A stretch of DNA of 41,302 nt from Bacillota bacterium. GTDB taxonomy: Bacteria; Bacillota_I; Bacilli_A; RFN20; CAG-826. The translations under genes and the position numbers were made by a program. A model generated the notes under the pieces. It searched no databases, was not told the DNA's origin, and saw only the letters and a list, made by a program, of their open reading frames with translations. Shown in pieces: positions 1 through 8,134 of the stretch (position 1 is its first letter; every line of letters starts with the position of its first letter). The stretch is from NCBI GenBank assembly GCA_023443485.1, contig JAEZUH010000005.1:1-41302 (forward strand), written 5' to 3'.

Positions 1-92
1 CTAAACTGAAAAGTAATGTTGAAAACAGTTTGGCAAGTTATAATAATAGTGAGCAATCTTCTTGAACTATAATTTGAAGAGGAGGTTAACAT

Positions 93-641
93 ATGAAATA
101 TCAAATTATTGGCAAAAACATCTCGATTACGGAGGGCATTTCTTCGTCGGTTCAAAAGAAGCTTGGACGCCTTGACAAGTTCTTTTCCCACAATGAGGAA
201 GTCAATTGTCGCGTCGTCTGTAGCATTCATGGCGAAGACTCACGAGTTGAAGTCACGATTTTCTTATCCCAAGTTACTTTAAGAGCGGAAGTTGAAGAGA
301 CAGATTTATATAACGCCATTGACATGGCTGTTGAAAAATTAGTTGGACAGATTCATAAACTAAAAACGAGAATGGATCGTAGCAATGGTAAGTTATCCTT
401 TGCTGAATCGATGGATATTGATCTCCATACTGAGGAAAAAAAGCCAGAGAAAGACACGATTGTCCGCGCTAAATCGTACTATCTGAATCCAATGGATATC
501 GAAGAAGCCATCGCTCGTATGGAAGCTCTCGGTCACGATTTCTTTGTCTATTTAGATAAAGATGACGATCGTTTCTCCGTCGTTTATGTTCGACGTGATG
601 GTGGTTACGGCGTTATTCAGGCTGAGAACCCTGTCAAATAA
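93..641 (+). CDS. hpf: ribosome hibernation promoting factor, long form (HPF/YfiA family)
   Basis: 182-aa ORF with SD GAGGAGG about 7 nt upstream of the ATG. The N-terminus (MKYQIIGKNI-IT--I---V-KKL-RL-KF) is typical of the S30AE/YfiA fold. The C-terminal extension (NPMDIEEAI-RME-LGHDFFVY-D) is typical of long HPF of Gram-positives. A hairpin terminator follows. Confidence 0.9.
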   Translation: MKYQIIGKNISITEGISSSVQKKLGRLDKFFSHNEEVNCRVVCSIHGEDSRVEVTIFLSQVTLRAEVEETDLYNAIDMAVEKLVGQIHKLKTRMDRSNGKLSFAESMDIDLHTEEKKPEKDTIVRAKSYYLNPMDIEEAIARMEALGHDFFVYLDKDDDRFSVVYVRRDGGYGVIQAENPVK

Positions 642-661
642 GTAAGCAATTTCGAGTTTTA

Positions 662-690
662 AAAGGTGGAATCATTTCCACTTTTTATTT
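662..690 (+). terminator. rho-independent terminator after hpf
   Basis: Stem GTGGAA / TTCCAC (666-671 / 676-681) with loop TCAT, flanked by AAA...TTTTTATTT. Confidence 0.6.
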
Positions 691-759
691 GTTTCCGATT
701 TCTCTCTAAAGTTTTCGTGCGCTTTGCGCCTACTTGTGTGTATAATAATCACACTGGAT

Positions 760-1620
760 ATGGCGAAACTATTAGCGACTGATTTAGATGGAACTCTCTT
801 CTATCCTGGCCAAATAAAAACTTGTATTCCAAAGAAGAATATAAAGTTTTTGCAAAGATGGATCGATAGCGGAAATCGTTTAATAGTGGTCACTTCACGA
901 AGTCACGAGTTTGTCGACAAGTTAAAAGATGAAATCAAAAGGCCATTTGATGTTGTCGCTTGTTCTTCCGCTGAAATATACGCTGATGGTAATCTTCTCC
1001 GCGATGTGGCGATACCAAACAAGACTTTAGCGGAAATTTTAACGATTATTAATGATGACCTCAAGCCATTGTCATACATGATGACAACAAAAGGTTATCC
1101 ATGTATCATTAATGCTAATCGTGAAGTAGGAAATTTCTTCTTATTCTTCTATCGAATTTGGAAGTTTTTCCAATTTAAACGAGAGGAACCATTTATCGTT
1201 TCAAATGAAAAATTCCTTGAGCAATTGAACAATGGGCGAGTTTACAAAATCATGATTTTCTTTGGATTAGGTCACAGCAAGAACAAATTTACCAAAGAAC
1301 TCAACAAACAATTTAGAAGCAAATACTCAATGCTTGAATTTTCTTGGACAACCAAGGTAATTGAAATTACTCCCTATGGATGTAATAAAGGAATGGGTTT
1401 AAAATACTATACTGAAGCCATGGGCTTTAAAAAGGAAGATGTCTATGTCGTCGGTGATTCCGGAAATGACATTTCCATGTTTACCGAATTTTATGAAAAC
1501 AGTTATTGTATGCGGCATGCCTACACGAGTGTGAGGAAATATGCAAAGCACACTGTTTCTCGGGTCTATAAACTCGAGAAGATGTTATTGAAAGGAGACA
1601 ACAAGAATGAACAAAACTAG
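760..1620 (+). CDS. Cof-type HAD-IIB family hydrolase (sugar phosphatase-like)
   Basis: HAD motifs are present: DLDGTL (motif I), VVTSRS (motif II) and GDSGNDISMF (motif IV). ATG 760 (MAKLLATDLDGTL) is preferred over the track's TTG 724, whose extension runs through a TATAAT at 740-745. Confidence 0.8.
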   Translation: MAKLLATDLDGTLFYPGQIKTCIPKKNIKFLQRWIDSGNRLIVVTSRSHEFVDKLKDEIKRPFDVVACSSAEIYADGNLLRDVAIPNKTLAEILTIINDDLKPLSYMMTTKGYPCIINANREVGNFFLFFYRIWKFFQFKREEPFIVSNEKFLEQLNNGRVYKIMIFFGLGHSKNKFTKELNKQFRSKYSMLEFSWTTKVIEITPYGCNKGMGLKYYTEAMGFKKEDVYVVGDSGNDISMFTEFYENSYCMRHAYTSVRKYAKHTVSRVYKLEKMLLKGDNKNEQN

Positions 1621-2464
1621 TCAATACATCTTCAATATCTATCACTACCTCTTACAATTAAGAGATACCCTAGAATATTGCATTAACCGCGAGCATGAAA
1701 AAGTTCTCTACGAACAAAGAAGCACCGTGCTTTTTAAAGGACTCGAAGAGAGCGCCCCGTTAGGAAGCTTTCTCAAGAACAACCCAGAACAAGGCGACAA
1801 AATTAAAGAAAAACTCAAAGAATTTTTAGATGATATCTATAGTCCTAACAGCACTATTTTAGTGGCGGAAGAGAGTGGAAAAATTCGTGTTGATCACACC
1901 CAACATATCAAAATATTTGATTATGTAACAGGAATTAGCGAATCCATTCGCGATATCCTTTATGGATATTTGAATTTCGCAAAAACGAAAAATGAAAGCG
2001 AATCAATTATTACTGATTTAGTAGCTTTAGATGATCGCCTCTATCGCAGCATCTTAGCTATGCTCGTCTTAAGAGATTATGAAGCTTCATTTGCTGAATT
2101 CCAAAAAACGATGGCGGAATCAAAAGGTCAACCAACCCCTCAATCCAACTTCATCGTTCAAAATGAACTTATGAAACTTGCTGGATTTGCCAGATTCTCA
2201 CGCGCTCATATACACGCAACTGACAACGAGACACTTGATTTATTAGATGAAGTCAACGCTACTATCGAGATGTGTGAAGGACGTCGTGAACGTCGCGAAA
2301 ACAAACCTTTCAAAGACATTTTCGAAGCAATTAATAAACGCTTAAATGAACATGTTGGAAAAGTAGAACCACTTTGGAAAGAAGCATTTAAAAAAGCTTT
2401 CCAAGAAATGGTTGATTTATCTCGCAAGGAAGCAGCGGTTAACGGTAAAGCTACCGAAGCATAA
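1607..2464 (+). CDS. hypothetical protein (soluble, helical, no recognisable motif)
   Basis: 285-aa ORF overlapping the HAD gene stop by 14 nt, which suggests translational coupling. Codon usage matches the neighbours. The antisense ORF 2206-2427 is a shadow. Confidence 0.55.
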   Translation: MNKTSQYIFNIYHYLLQLRDTLEYCINREHEKVLYEQRSTVLFKGLEESAPLGSFLKNNPEQGDKIKEKLKEFLDDIYSPNSTILVAEESGKIRVDHTQHIKIFDYVTGISESIRDILYGYLNFAKTKNESESIITDLVALDDRLYRSILAMLVLRDYEASFAEFQKTMAESKGQPTPQSNFIVQNELMKLAGFARFSRAHIHATDNETLDLLDEVNATIEMCEGRRERRENKPFKDIFEAINKRLNEHVGKVEPLWKEAFKKAFQEMVDLSRKEAAVNGKATEA

Positions 2465-2488
2465 TTAACGAAGGAGTTTATAATCTTT

Positions 2489-2866
2489 ATGAAAAAGAAA
2501 AGCCAATTAAAAATTTCAATTTTTGAACTAGTTGCCTACATTGTCACCATTGGTGTCGCCCTTTGGGGACTCACTTATATCATACTAGGCTTATTTGCTC
2601 GCTTTTTACCAGTTGGTAGTGATCTTGCTTTAGCGGATGCCACAATTGAGAAATTGTTTGGCCTTGGTTATTTCTACTGGGGGGCAATTATCTTATCCAT
2701 CGCCGCGGTCACTTTATCTCTTGTATTAGTTTTATACGCGAAGAAAAATGATCGCCAAGCCGAAAAGGAGACACGTCGTGCCGCTCGCTTAGCTCAAATT
2801 AAAGATAATGGTAAAGATTTACCAATCGTTGATGCTGAAGTGCTTCCAAAGACTGAAGAAAAATAA
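2489..2866 (+). CDS. small membrane protein (2 predicted TM helices, charged C-terminal tail)
   Basis: SD GAAGGAG upstream. Two hydrophobic stretches (IFELVAYIVTIGVALWGLTYIILGLF; YFYWGAIILSIAAVTLSLVLVLY) are followed by a Lys/Arg/Glu-rich tail. Confidence 0.55.
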   Translation: MKKKSQLKISIFELVAYIVTIGVALWGLTYIILGLFARFLPVGSDLALADATIEKLFGLGYFYWGAIILSIAAVTLSLVLVLYAKKNDRQAEKETRRAARLAQIKDNGKDLPIVDAEVLPKTEEK

Positions 2867-2899
2867 ACTCCAAAAGAGTAATTATCATTAAATAAGAAG

Positions 2900-2922
2900 A
2901 AGAGGTCTAAAGCCTCTTTTTT
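2900..2922 (+). terminator. hairpin terminator between convergent genes (overlaps the 3' end of the minus-strand permease gene)
   Basis: AAGAGG (2900-2905) / CCTCTT (2913-2918) with a 7-nt loop, then a T-run. The A-rich 5' flank could allow bidirectional function. Confidence 0.45.
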
Positions 2923-3671
2923 AATGTTCCCTTAATAAGATTTGCTCCCAAAGAAATAATCAGCATGACCAGAATTGCTAAAAAGGAATAGGCAAAGACT
3001 GGGACCATATTGCCAGGATTGTTTTCTTGGGCGTATCTAATCGCTACTCCAAGGCCATAACCAGTAAATCCAGAAAGAGCCTCCGCCATAATTTCTATTT
3101 TAATTGATAAAGCAAAAGAAGAAGCTACTCCTACAAGAACATACGGCATGGCGAGAGGCAGCTTTATTTGAAATGTACCTCTAAGAGTCGAACGGCAATC
3201 TAATTTCATAGCTTCAATGATATTGCTATCGATATTTTTAATCCCATTGCTGGTCGCCTCATAAATAATTGGAAAGACAAGTAATATAACTGTCAATATC
3301 GGTAAATTGTTTGCTTTAACTAAAACGAGAAACAAGAAGACCACCGCGACAGTAGGAATGGCTTTTAAAACAGTCATAATTGGGGAGAAAAATTTCTGAA
3401 ATGAAGGTGAATTTCCAGCGATAGTTCCAAAGAAAAGCCCAACGGCAAAAGCAATAAGAAAGCCGATAAATAATTTGAATAAAGAATACCCTAAGCTAAG
3501 GTAAAAATAGCTCTTACCTAAGATAGAAAATGAATAGCCAATGGTTCTGATTGGATCAGGAAAAATCGCTACGGGTTCATTAATTATAATGGAAACTAAC
3601 CACCATAAAAGAAGAAAAGCGACGACGCCTAAACTGTAAAGAAAATATTTATTGGTAATAAATTTCTTCAA
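2907..3671 (-). CDS. ABC transporter permease (NitT/TauT/SsuC-like, BPD_transp_1 type)
   Basis: Polytopic membrane protein with the EAA-like loop region (IEAMKLDCRSTLRGTFQIKLPLAMPY). I prefer TTG 3671 (LKKFITNKY...) because GGAG lies 7 nt upstream. The track's 3710 start has no SD and would overlap the upstream gene by 62 nt. Confidence 0.75.
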   Translation of the reverse strand: MKKFITNKYFLYSLGVVAFLLLWWLVSIIINEPVAIFPDPIRTIGYSFSILGKSYFYLSLGYSLFKLFIGFLIAFAVGLFFGTIAGNSPSFQKFFSPIMTVLKAIPTVAVVFLFLVLVKANNLPILTVILLVFPIIYEATSNGIKNIDSNIIEAMKLDCRSTLRGTFQIKLPLAMPYVLVGVASSFALSIKIEIMAEALSGFTGYGLGVAIRYAQENNPGNMVPVFAYSFLAILVMLIISLGANLIKGTLKKRL

Positions 3672-4584
3672 GTGTATTCTCCATTCCGAACAAGTTAATA
3701 TATGCATCAACGGCGTCTTTATTTTCTAAAGCATTTAAATATCCTAATCCAAGTCCATTATCTTCCATAACTGCCTGAATAGTGGTGCTATCAACGCCAA
3801 AACGGGAGATGGCTAATTCGGAATCACTTAATAAATCAATCCCATTTTTGATTTTATCGGGAACATCAATCCCCTCTTCAATATCGCTTTTTAAAGTTGA
3901 TAGTAGAGAGTTAACATCGTTTTTATCAGCAGAATTTTTAATAAAAATTGAAGCTTGCATAAGTGGTAATCCATCACTTTTTGTCGCATAGGCTTCTTGG
4001 ACATCGACATAGATATAAGCGTCTGTGTTGTTTTGCAATGCTTTATAAAGAACTGGTTGAGCGATGAAAACATAATCAACAGCGCTTCCTGTTGCAACAT
4101 TGCTTCCCGTTACAAGAGCGGAAGCTGCATTAGCAACATTAGTGACATATTCAATTCCTGAATCCAATTCATTTCCATAAAGATAGTGGAATATTTTGCT
4201 TGGGACAGCACCAGCTGTTCCGAATAAGACAATGGTGTCACCATCGTTCATTTCATCATTAATATCATTTCCTGTGGCGGCGATGAAAAAGTTTCCAAGA
4301 GTAATGGTGGAGGCCAGTTTGTAAGGCGCGCCATTTTTAATCGCGCTGATTCCACTTGTTGTGTCGATAACTATTAGATCGTACTCAGAATTTTCGATCA
4401 TCTGAGCAACGATATTAGTGGGAGTTCCGTTAGTTTCGAAATTGATATCAGTGGCATAGTTGTAAAAAGCAACAGCGGGGGCTCCATTTGGTGTCAATAT
4501 TTTAAAAGGGAGAATATGACTAGCATTACCGCATCCGGTGAGAATCATGCTGGTCATTGCTAACAGGGCAATTTTGTTTTTCAT
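3649..4584 (-). CDS. ABC transporter substrate-binding lipoprotein (substrate unknown)
   Basis: Signal peptide plus lipobox (MKNKIALLAMTSMILTGC), SD AGGAA upstream, and a position immediately upstream of and overlapping the permease gene. Confidence 0.75.
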   Translation of the reverse strand: MKNKIALLAMTSMILTGCGNASHILPFKILTPNGAPAVAFYNYATDINFETNGTPTNIVAQMIENSEYDLIVIDTTSGISAIKNGAPYKLASTITLGNFFIAATGNDINDEMNDGDTIVLFGTAGAVPSKIFHYLYGNELDSGIEYVTNVANAASALVTGSNVATGSAVDYVFIAQPVLYKALQNNTDAYIYVDVQEAYATKSDGLPLMQASIFIKNSADKNDVNSLLSTLKSDIEEGIDVPDKIKNGIDLLSDSELAISRFGVDSTTIQAVMEDNGLGLGYLNALENKDAVDAYINLFGMENTLEEIYYQ

Positions 4585-4637
4585 ATTAATTTCCTCGTTA
4601 GTTATTTTATCAAAATAGTATATAATAATGTGTGATT

Positions 4638-5258
4638 ATGCTCACAGAAGATTTCAAGATAAAGACTTGCTTATTAGACTTGATTAAAGACTCAGAAAAG
4701 AAATTTTTCCGCTTTGAAAATTTCTCTCGTGGTCAAATTATATTTCACGAAAATGAAGAATGTCAGGAACTTGGTCTAATCATAAAAGGAGAGGTAGTTA
4801 TCTCTTCTTATACCTACCATGGTGAAGAAATTGTTTATAACCTCTTAAAAGAAAATGATGTCTTTGGAAATAATCTCATATTCTCGAGTGACCCCCATTA
4901 TCGAGGAAACATTATAGTTAATAAACCTTCAAAAGTTGCCTTTATTACGCGCCAGTCTTTGCTAACTTTATTAAGACAAAATGAGTCATTTTTGACTTCG
5001 TATTTACAAGTCCAATCTGACTTTGGTAAACGCTTGAATGCAACGATCAAATTGCTCTCATTTTCTACCGCGGAAGAAAGGTTTCTTTATTACCTTTTTT
5101 TGAATAACAATCGCCTCAATTTCTCCAATGTCACTTCTTTAGCAAAAGAGGTCTTTTTGAAGAGAGAAACGCTTTCTCGCTTGCTGAGCAAACTAACTAA
5201 AGATAAAAAAATTAATCGTTATCGAAATTTAATTATTTATAATGAAAAAAGCCGCTAA
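4638..5258 (+). CDS. Crp/Fnr family transcriptional regulator
   Basis: N-terminal cNMP-binding-like beta-roll (F--GQIIFHENEECQELGLIIKGEV) and a C-terminal Crp-type HTH (LAKEVFLKRETLSRLLSKLTKDKKI). GTG 4632 is an alternative start. It is divergent from the ABC genes. Confidence 0.75.
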   Translation: MLTEDFKIKTCLLDLIKDSEKKFFRFENFSRGQIIFHENEECQELGLIIKGEVVISSYTYHGEEIVYNLLKENDVFGNNLIFSSDPHYRGNIIVNKPSKVAFITRQSLLTLLRQNESFLTSYLQVQSDFGKRLNATIKLLSFSTAEERFLYYLFLNNNRLNFSNVTSLAKEVFLKRETLSRLLSKLTKDKKINRYRNLIIYNEKSR

Positions 5259-5288
5259 AAAGCGACTATTTTCTTTAAAATTGCTCTA

Positions 5289-5471
5289 TTATTTTATTTT
5301 ATATTTCTTCCGATAAGCTTTTAGCAATTTTTTCTTGTTTTCTAAAAGTGTGCAAGAAGAGCAATCTCCCGTTGGTTTATGTTTGATTTTTTTATAAAGC
5401 CAAGTGCCAAAAACACCACCCACAATTGCGATGCAAAAAATGATGACAAGCAACTCCAAAAATAGGTCCAT
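5289..5471 (-). CDS. FeoB-associated Cys-rich membrane protein
   Basis: 60-aa product MDLFLELLVIIFCIAIVGGVFGTWLYKKIK...GDCSSC: one TM helix followed by a Cys cluster. Its ATG (5471) lies directly after the feoB stop (5473-5475). The track's longer 98-aa version overlaps feoB and is rejected. Confidence 0.7.
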   Translation of the reverse strand: MDLFLELLVIIFCIAIVGGVFGTWLYKKIKHKPTGDCSSCTLLENKKKLLKAYRKKYKIK

Positions 5472-5472
5472 A

Positions 5473-7728
5473 TTATTTGGCCGTCCTTTGTTTATTGTCT
5501 CGATGTTTATTAACCAAATAAATGGCAAAAACTCCAATACCAAAAGCACCGAGGAATATGAAACTTGTCCACCACCAAGAACCAATTAAATAAATCATGC
5601 TCGAAACGATGTATGAAGTGGCTAGCCAGAAAACTAATGTGCCAACAAATTTATTCTTAGGTAATTCTGCCTTTGCAGTTACGACAGCCGCAAAACAAGG
5701 AATCGTTAACAAGTTAAAAGCGATGAAGGATATTAAAGCGGGAATCGTAATCCCAGTCCCTTGAATCATTGTGGCAACAGCCGCGATTCCGCCATCACCC
5801 CCAACGTCAATAATAGATCCAGCAACACAAGCACCTAAAACGCCAAAAGTAGAAATAACATTTTCTTTGGCGATTAATCCCGAAAACGCTGCGACAACAA
5901 AAACCCAACTAAAAGAACTAAGCTGAGATCCAAATCCTAACGGAGTAAATAGTGGAGTTACTAACTGACCTAATCCCGCGAGAATTGACTTATCGATATC
6001 GACATCTTCAAGGTATTGCCAACTGAAAGAAAAATGAGAGAAGAACCAAATGATGATGGTAAAGGCAAGAATAACAGTAAAAGCTTTTTTTAAAAAGTGT
6101 TTGGCTTTATCCCAAAGGTGAATCATTAGAGCTTTGAATTGGGGGAGATGATAAGCAGGAAGTTCCATGATGAAAGGAGGAACGGCCCCACGCATTATCG
6201 TAGCTCTCATCAAAAGAATTGAAACAATCGCCACACCCATTCCAAGCAGATACATACTAAAGGTAATGATATCGGCGTTTCCAATTCCAAATTGTTGAAT
6301 AATACCACCTGCCACCGCGGTCAAAATTGGTAATTTCGCCCCACAAGAAAAGAAAGGTATAACCCGAATCGTCGCAATTTTTTCATTATCATTTGATAAG
6401 GTTCGAGTATTAATCATGGCTGGAATGGAACACCCAAAACCCATAATCATAGGCATCAAAGAACGCCCCGTTAATCCAAATCGACGGAAAAGGCGATCGA
6501 GAATAAACGCCACACGGGCCATGTATCCAGAATCCTCTAATATAGAAAAGAATAAGAAGAGTAAAAGTATTTGTGGAAGGAATGATAAAACAGCGAATAC
6601 TCCACCTAGCATCCCATTGGTTATTAAGCCAGAAACCCATTGAGGAGATGTCGATAGCCAACCTTGAACAACATCAGTAAGCCAAGAAGTGGTGCTTCCT
6701 AACAAATTTGCGAACACAACTCCAATTGAATTTATTCCACTTGAAGTCCAAAACAAACCTTCAAAAAAGGTTCCTTCGAAACTAGGTGCGATGTTAGTGA
6801 ATAATCCTCCTAAGAAGAATAGATTTTCACTGAAAGTCATATGAAAAATAAAAAATAAAAGTAGCAAGAAAATAGGAATACCGAGCCATTTATTCGTTAG
6901 GACCCGGTCAATCTTGTCGGATGTTGAGAATGTTTTTGCCATCTCATTATTATTCTTTTTTTTGGCCTTTGAAAAGTTGCTTGTAATATGCTTATATCTA
7001 CTATCAGCGACAATTGCCTCCAAATCTGAGCCAAATGTTTCATCTTTAAAGTATTTTTTGAATTCATCGACAACGCCTAACAATTGGGGGTGATTTTTAA
7101 TTTCAATTTCGTCATTTTCGACTAATTTAATTGCATGGAATAATGGATTATCAACTTTTAAACCCTTGAAGGAAAGCTCAATATCGTTGATCAAGTGACT
7201 GAGATTAGAGTTTAAAAGAACGCTTGTTGCTTCTCGCTTTTTAAGTGATTCTTCATAGGCACGGTCCATTAATTCATCAAGCCCTTCTTCTTTAGAAGCT
7301 GAAATGCAAACAACGGGAACACCCACCTCTTTTTCTAAAAGTAGTGGATCTATACTATCTCCACTTTTTCTAACGGCATCCATCATATTTAAAGCGATGA
7401 TAACTGGGACATCAATCTCTAATAATTGGGTCGTCAAATAAAGATTTCTTTCTAAATTAGTGGAATCAACAACATTTATGACGCAATCTGGTTTTTCATC
7501 AATAATAAAATTACGTGAAATAACTTCCTCTGAAGTATATGGAGACAAGGAATAAATACCTGGTAAGTCAACAATAGAAATAGGTTCTTTACATTTCTTG
7601 TATTTACCTTCCTTTTTTTCGACAGTCACTCCTGGCCAGTTCCCTACATAAGCCGAAGATCCAGTGAGAGAATTGAAAAGAGTAGTTTTACCACAGTTTG
7701 GGTTTCCCGCTAAAGCGAATCTTTTCAT
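5473..7728 (-). CDS. feoB: ferrous iron transporter FeoB
   Basis: N-terminal G-domain (GNPNCGKTTLFN, DLPG, NMMD) followed by a large polytopic permease domain. 751 aa, overlapping the feoA stop (ATGA-type junction). Confidence 0.95.
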   Translation of the reverse strand: MKRFALAGNPNCGKTTLFNSLTGSSAYVGNWPGVTVEKKEGKYKKCKEPISIVDLPGIYSLSPYTSEEVISRNFIIDEKPDCVINVVDSTNLERNLYLTTQLLEIDVPVIIALNMMDAVRKSGDSIDPLLLEKEVGVPVVCISASKEEGLDELMDRAYEESLKKREATSVLLNSNLSHLINDIELSFKGLKVDNPLFHAIKLVENDEIEIKNHPQLLGVVDEFKKYFKDETFGSDLEAIVADSRYKHITSNFSKAKKKNNNEMAKTFSTSDKIDRVLTNKWLGIPIFLLLLFFIFHMTFSENLFFLGGLFTNIAPSFEGTFFEGLFWTSSGINSIGVVFANLLGSTTSWLTDVVQGWLSTSPQWVSGLITNGMLGGVFAVLSFLPQILLLFLFFSILEDSGYMARVAFILDRLFRRFGLTGRSLMPMIMGFGCSIPAMINTRTLSNDNEKIATIRVIPFFSCGAKLPILTAVAGGIIQQFGIGNADIITFSMYLLGMGVAIVSILLMRATIMRGAVPPFIMELPAYHLPQFKALMIHLWDKAKHFLKKAFTVILAFTIIIWFFSHFSFSWQYLEDVDIDKSILAGLGQLVTPLFTPLGFGSQLSSFSWVFVVAAFSGLIAKENVISTFGVLGACVAGSIIDVGGDGGIAAVATMIQGTGITIPALISFIAFNLLTIPCFAAVVTAKAELPKNKFVGTLVFWLATSYIVSSMIYLIGSWWWTSFIFLGAFGIGVFAIYLVNKHRDNKQRTAK

Positions 7729-7967
7729 ATTTTCTTCACCCCCATTTCACAAACAATGAATTGGGCTTCTGTTTTTCTTAGTGTTAATTCATAACCACGT
7801 ACATGTATTTCAAGAGGGTCTCCAAAAGGAGCTTTTTTTCTTAAATATATTTCGGCTCCTGGAGTGATTCCCATGTCAAAAAGGCGACGACGGATTTTGC
7901 CTTCGCCAAGGACATTAATTACGATTCCATATTCGCCGATTGCGAAATCATTTAGTTTTTTTTGCAT
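7725..7967 (-). CDS. feoA: ferrous iron transport protein FeoA
   Basis: Small SH3-like FeoA signature (G--G-I--V-G-----RRL-DMGI-PG--I-------FGDP). ATG 7967 is preceded by AAGGAGAA. The track's 8000 extension is unsupported. Confidence 0.9.
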   Translation of the reverse strand: MQKKLNDFAIGEYGIVINVLGEGKIRRRLFDMGITPGAEIYLRKKAPFGDPLEIHVRGYELTLRKTEAQFIVCEMGVKKI

Positions 7968-8134
7968 ATCCGTTCTCCTTATATACTTATTAGGTGGCAA
8001 CCTTTAATACTGATTTGTCGTTTCTTTTATCTAGTTAGAGGGGACTAACTTTATATGTTATACAATGTTGATATGACATAAGTCAAGCATAAAGTTTGTT
8101 AGAACTAACCAAGCATGTTAAAATTACTCCGCAT

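Noticed and set aside
724-759. 5' extensions offered by the ORF track (724 for HAD, 8096 for copA, 8000 for feoA, 5585 for the FeoB-associated peptide, 12338 for wzx, 33118 for wzy, 35547 for rfbF, 3710 for the permease, 38945 for the GT)
   Set aside because: The extensions use non-ATG or SD-less starts. They overlap upstream genes or promoters and add residues not found at the N-termini of these families. Internal ATG/TTG codons with good SD spacing were chosen instead.
5259-5288. Possible terminator between the convergent crp-like and FeoB-associated genes (GCCGCT-AAAA-AGCGAC)
   Set aside because: The stem is only 4-5 bp with a mismatch and has no clean T-tract, so it is too weak to call.
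8055-8072. Possible CopY cop-box (TACAnnTGTA) in TTATACAATGTTGA upstream of the copA-like gene
   Set aside because: Only the first half-site (TACA) matches. The second half reads GTTG rather than TGTA, and no copY gene is present.
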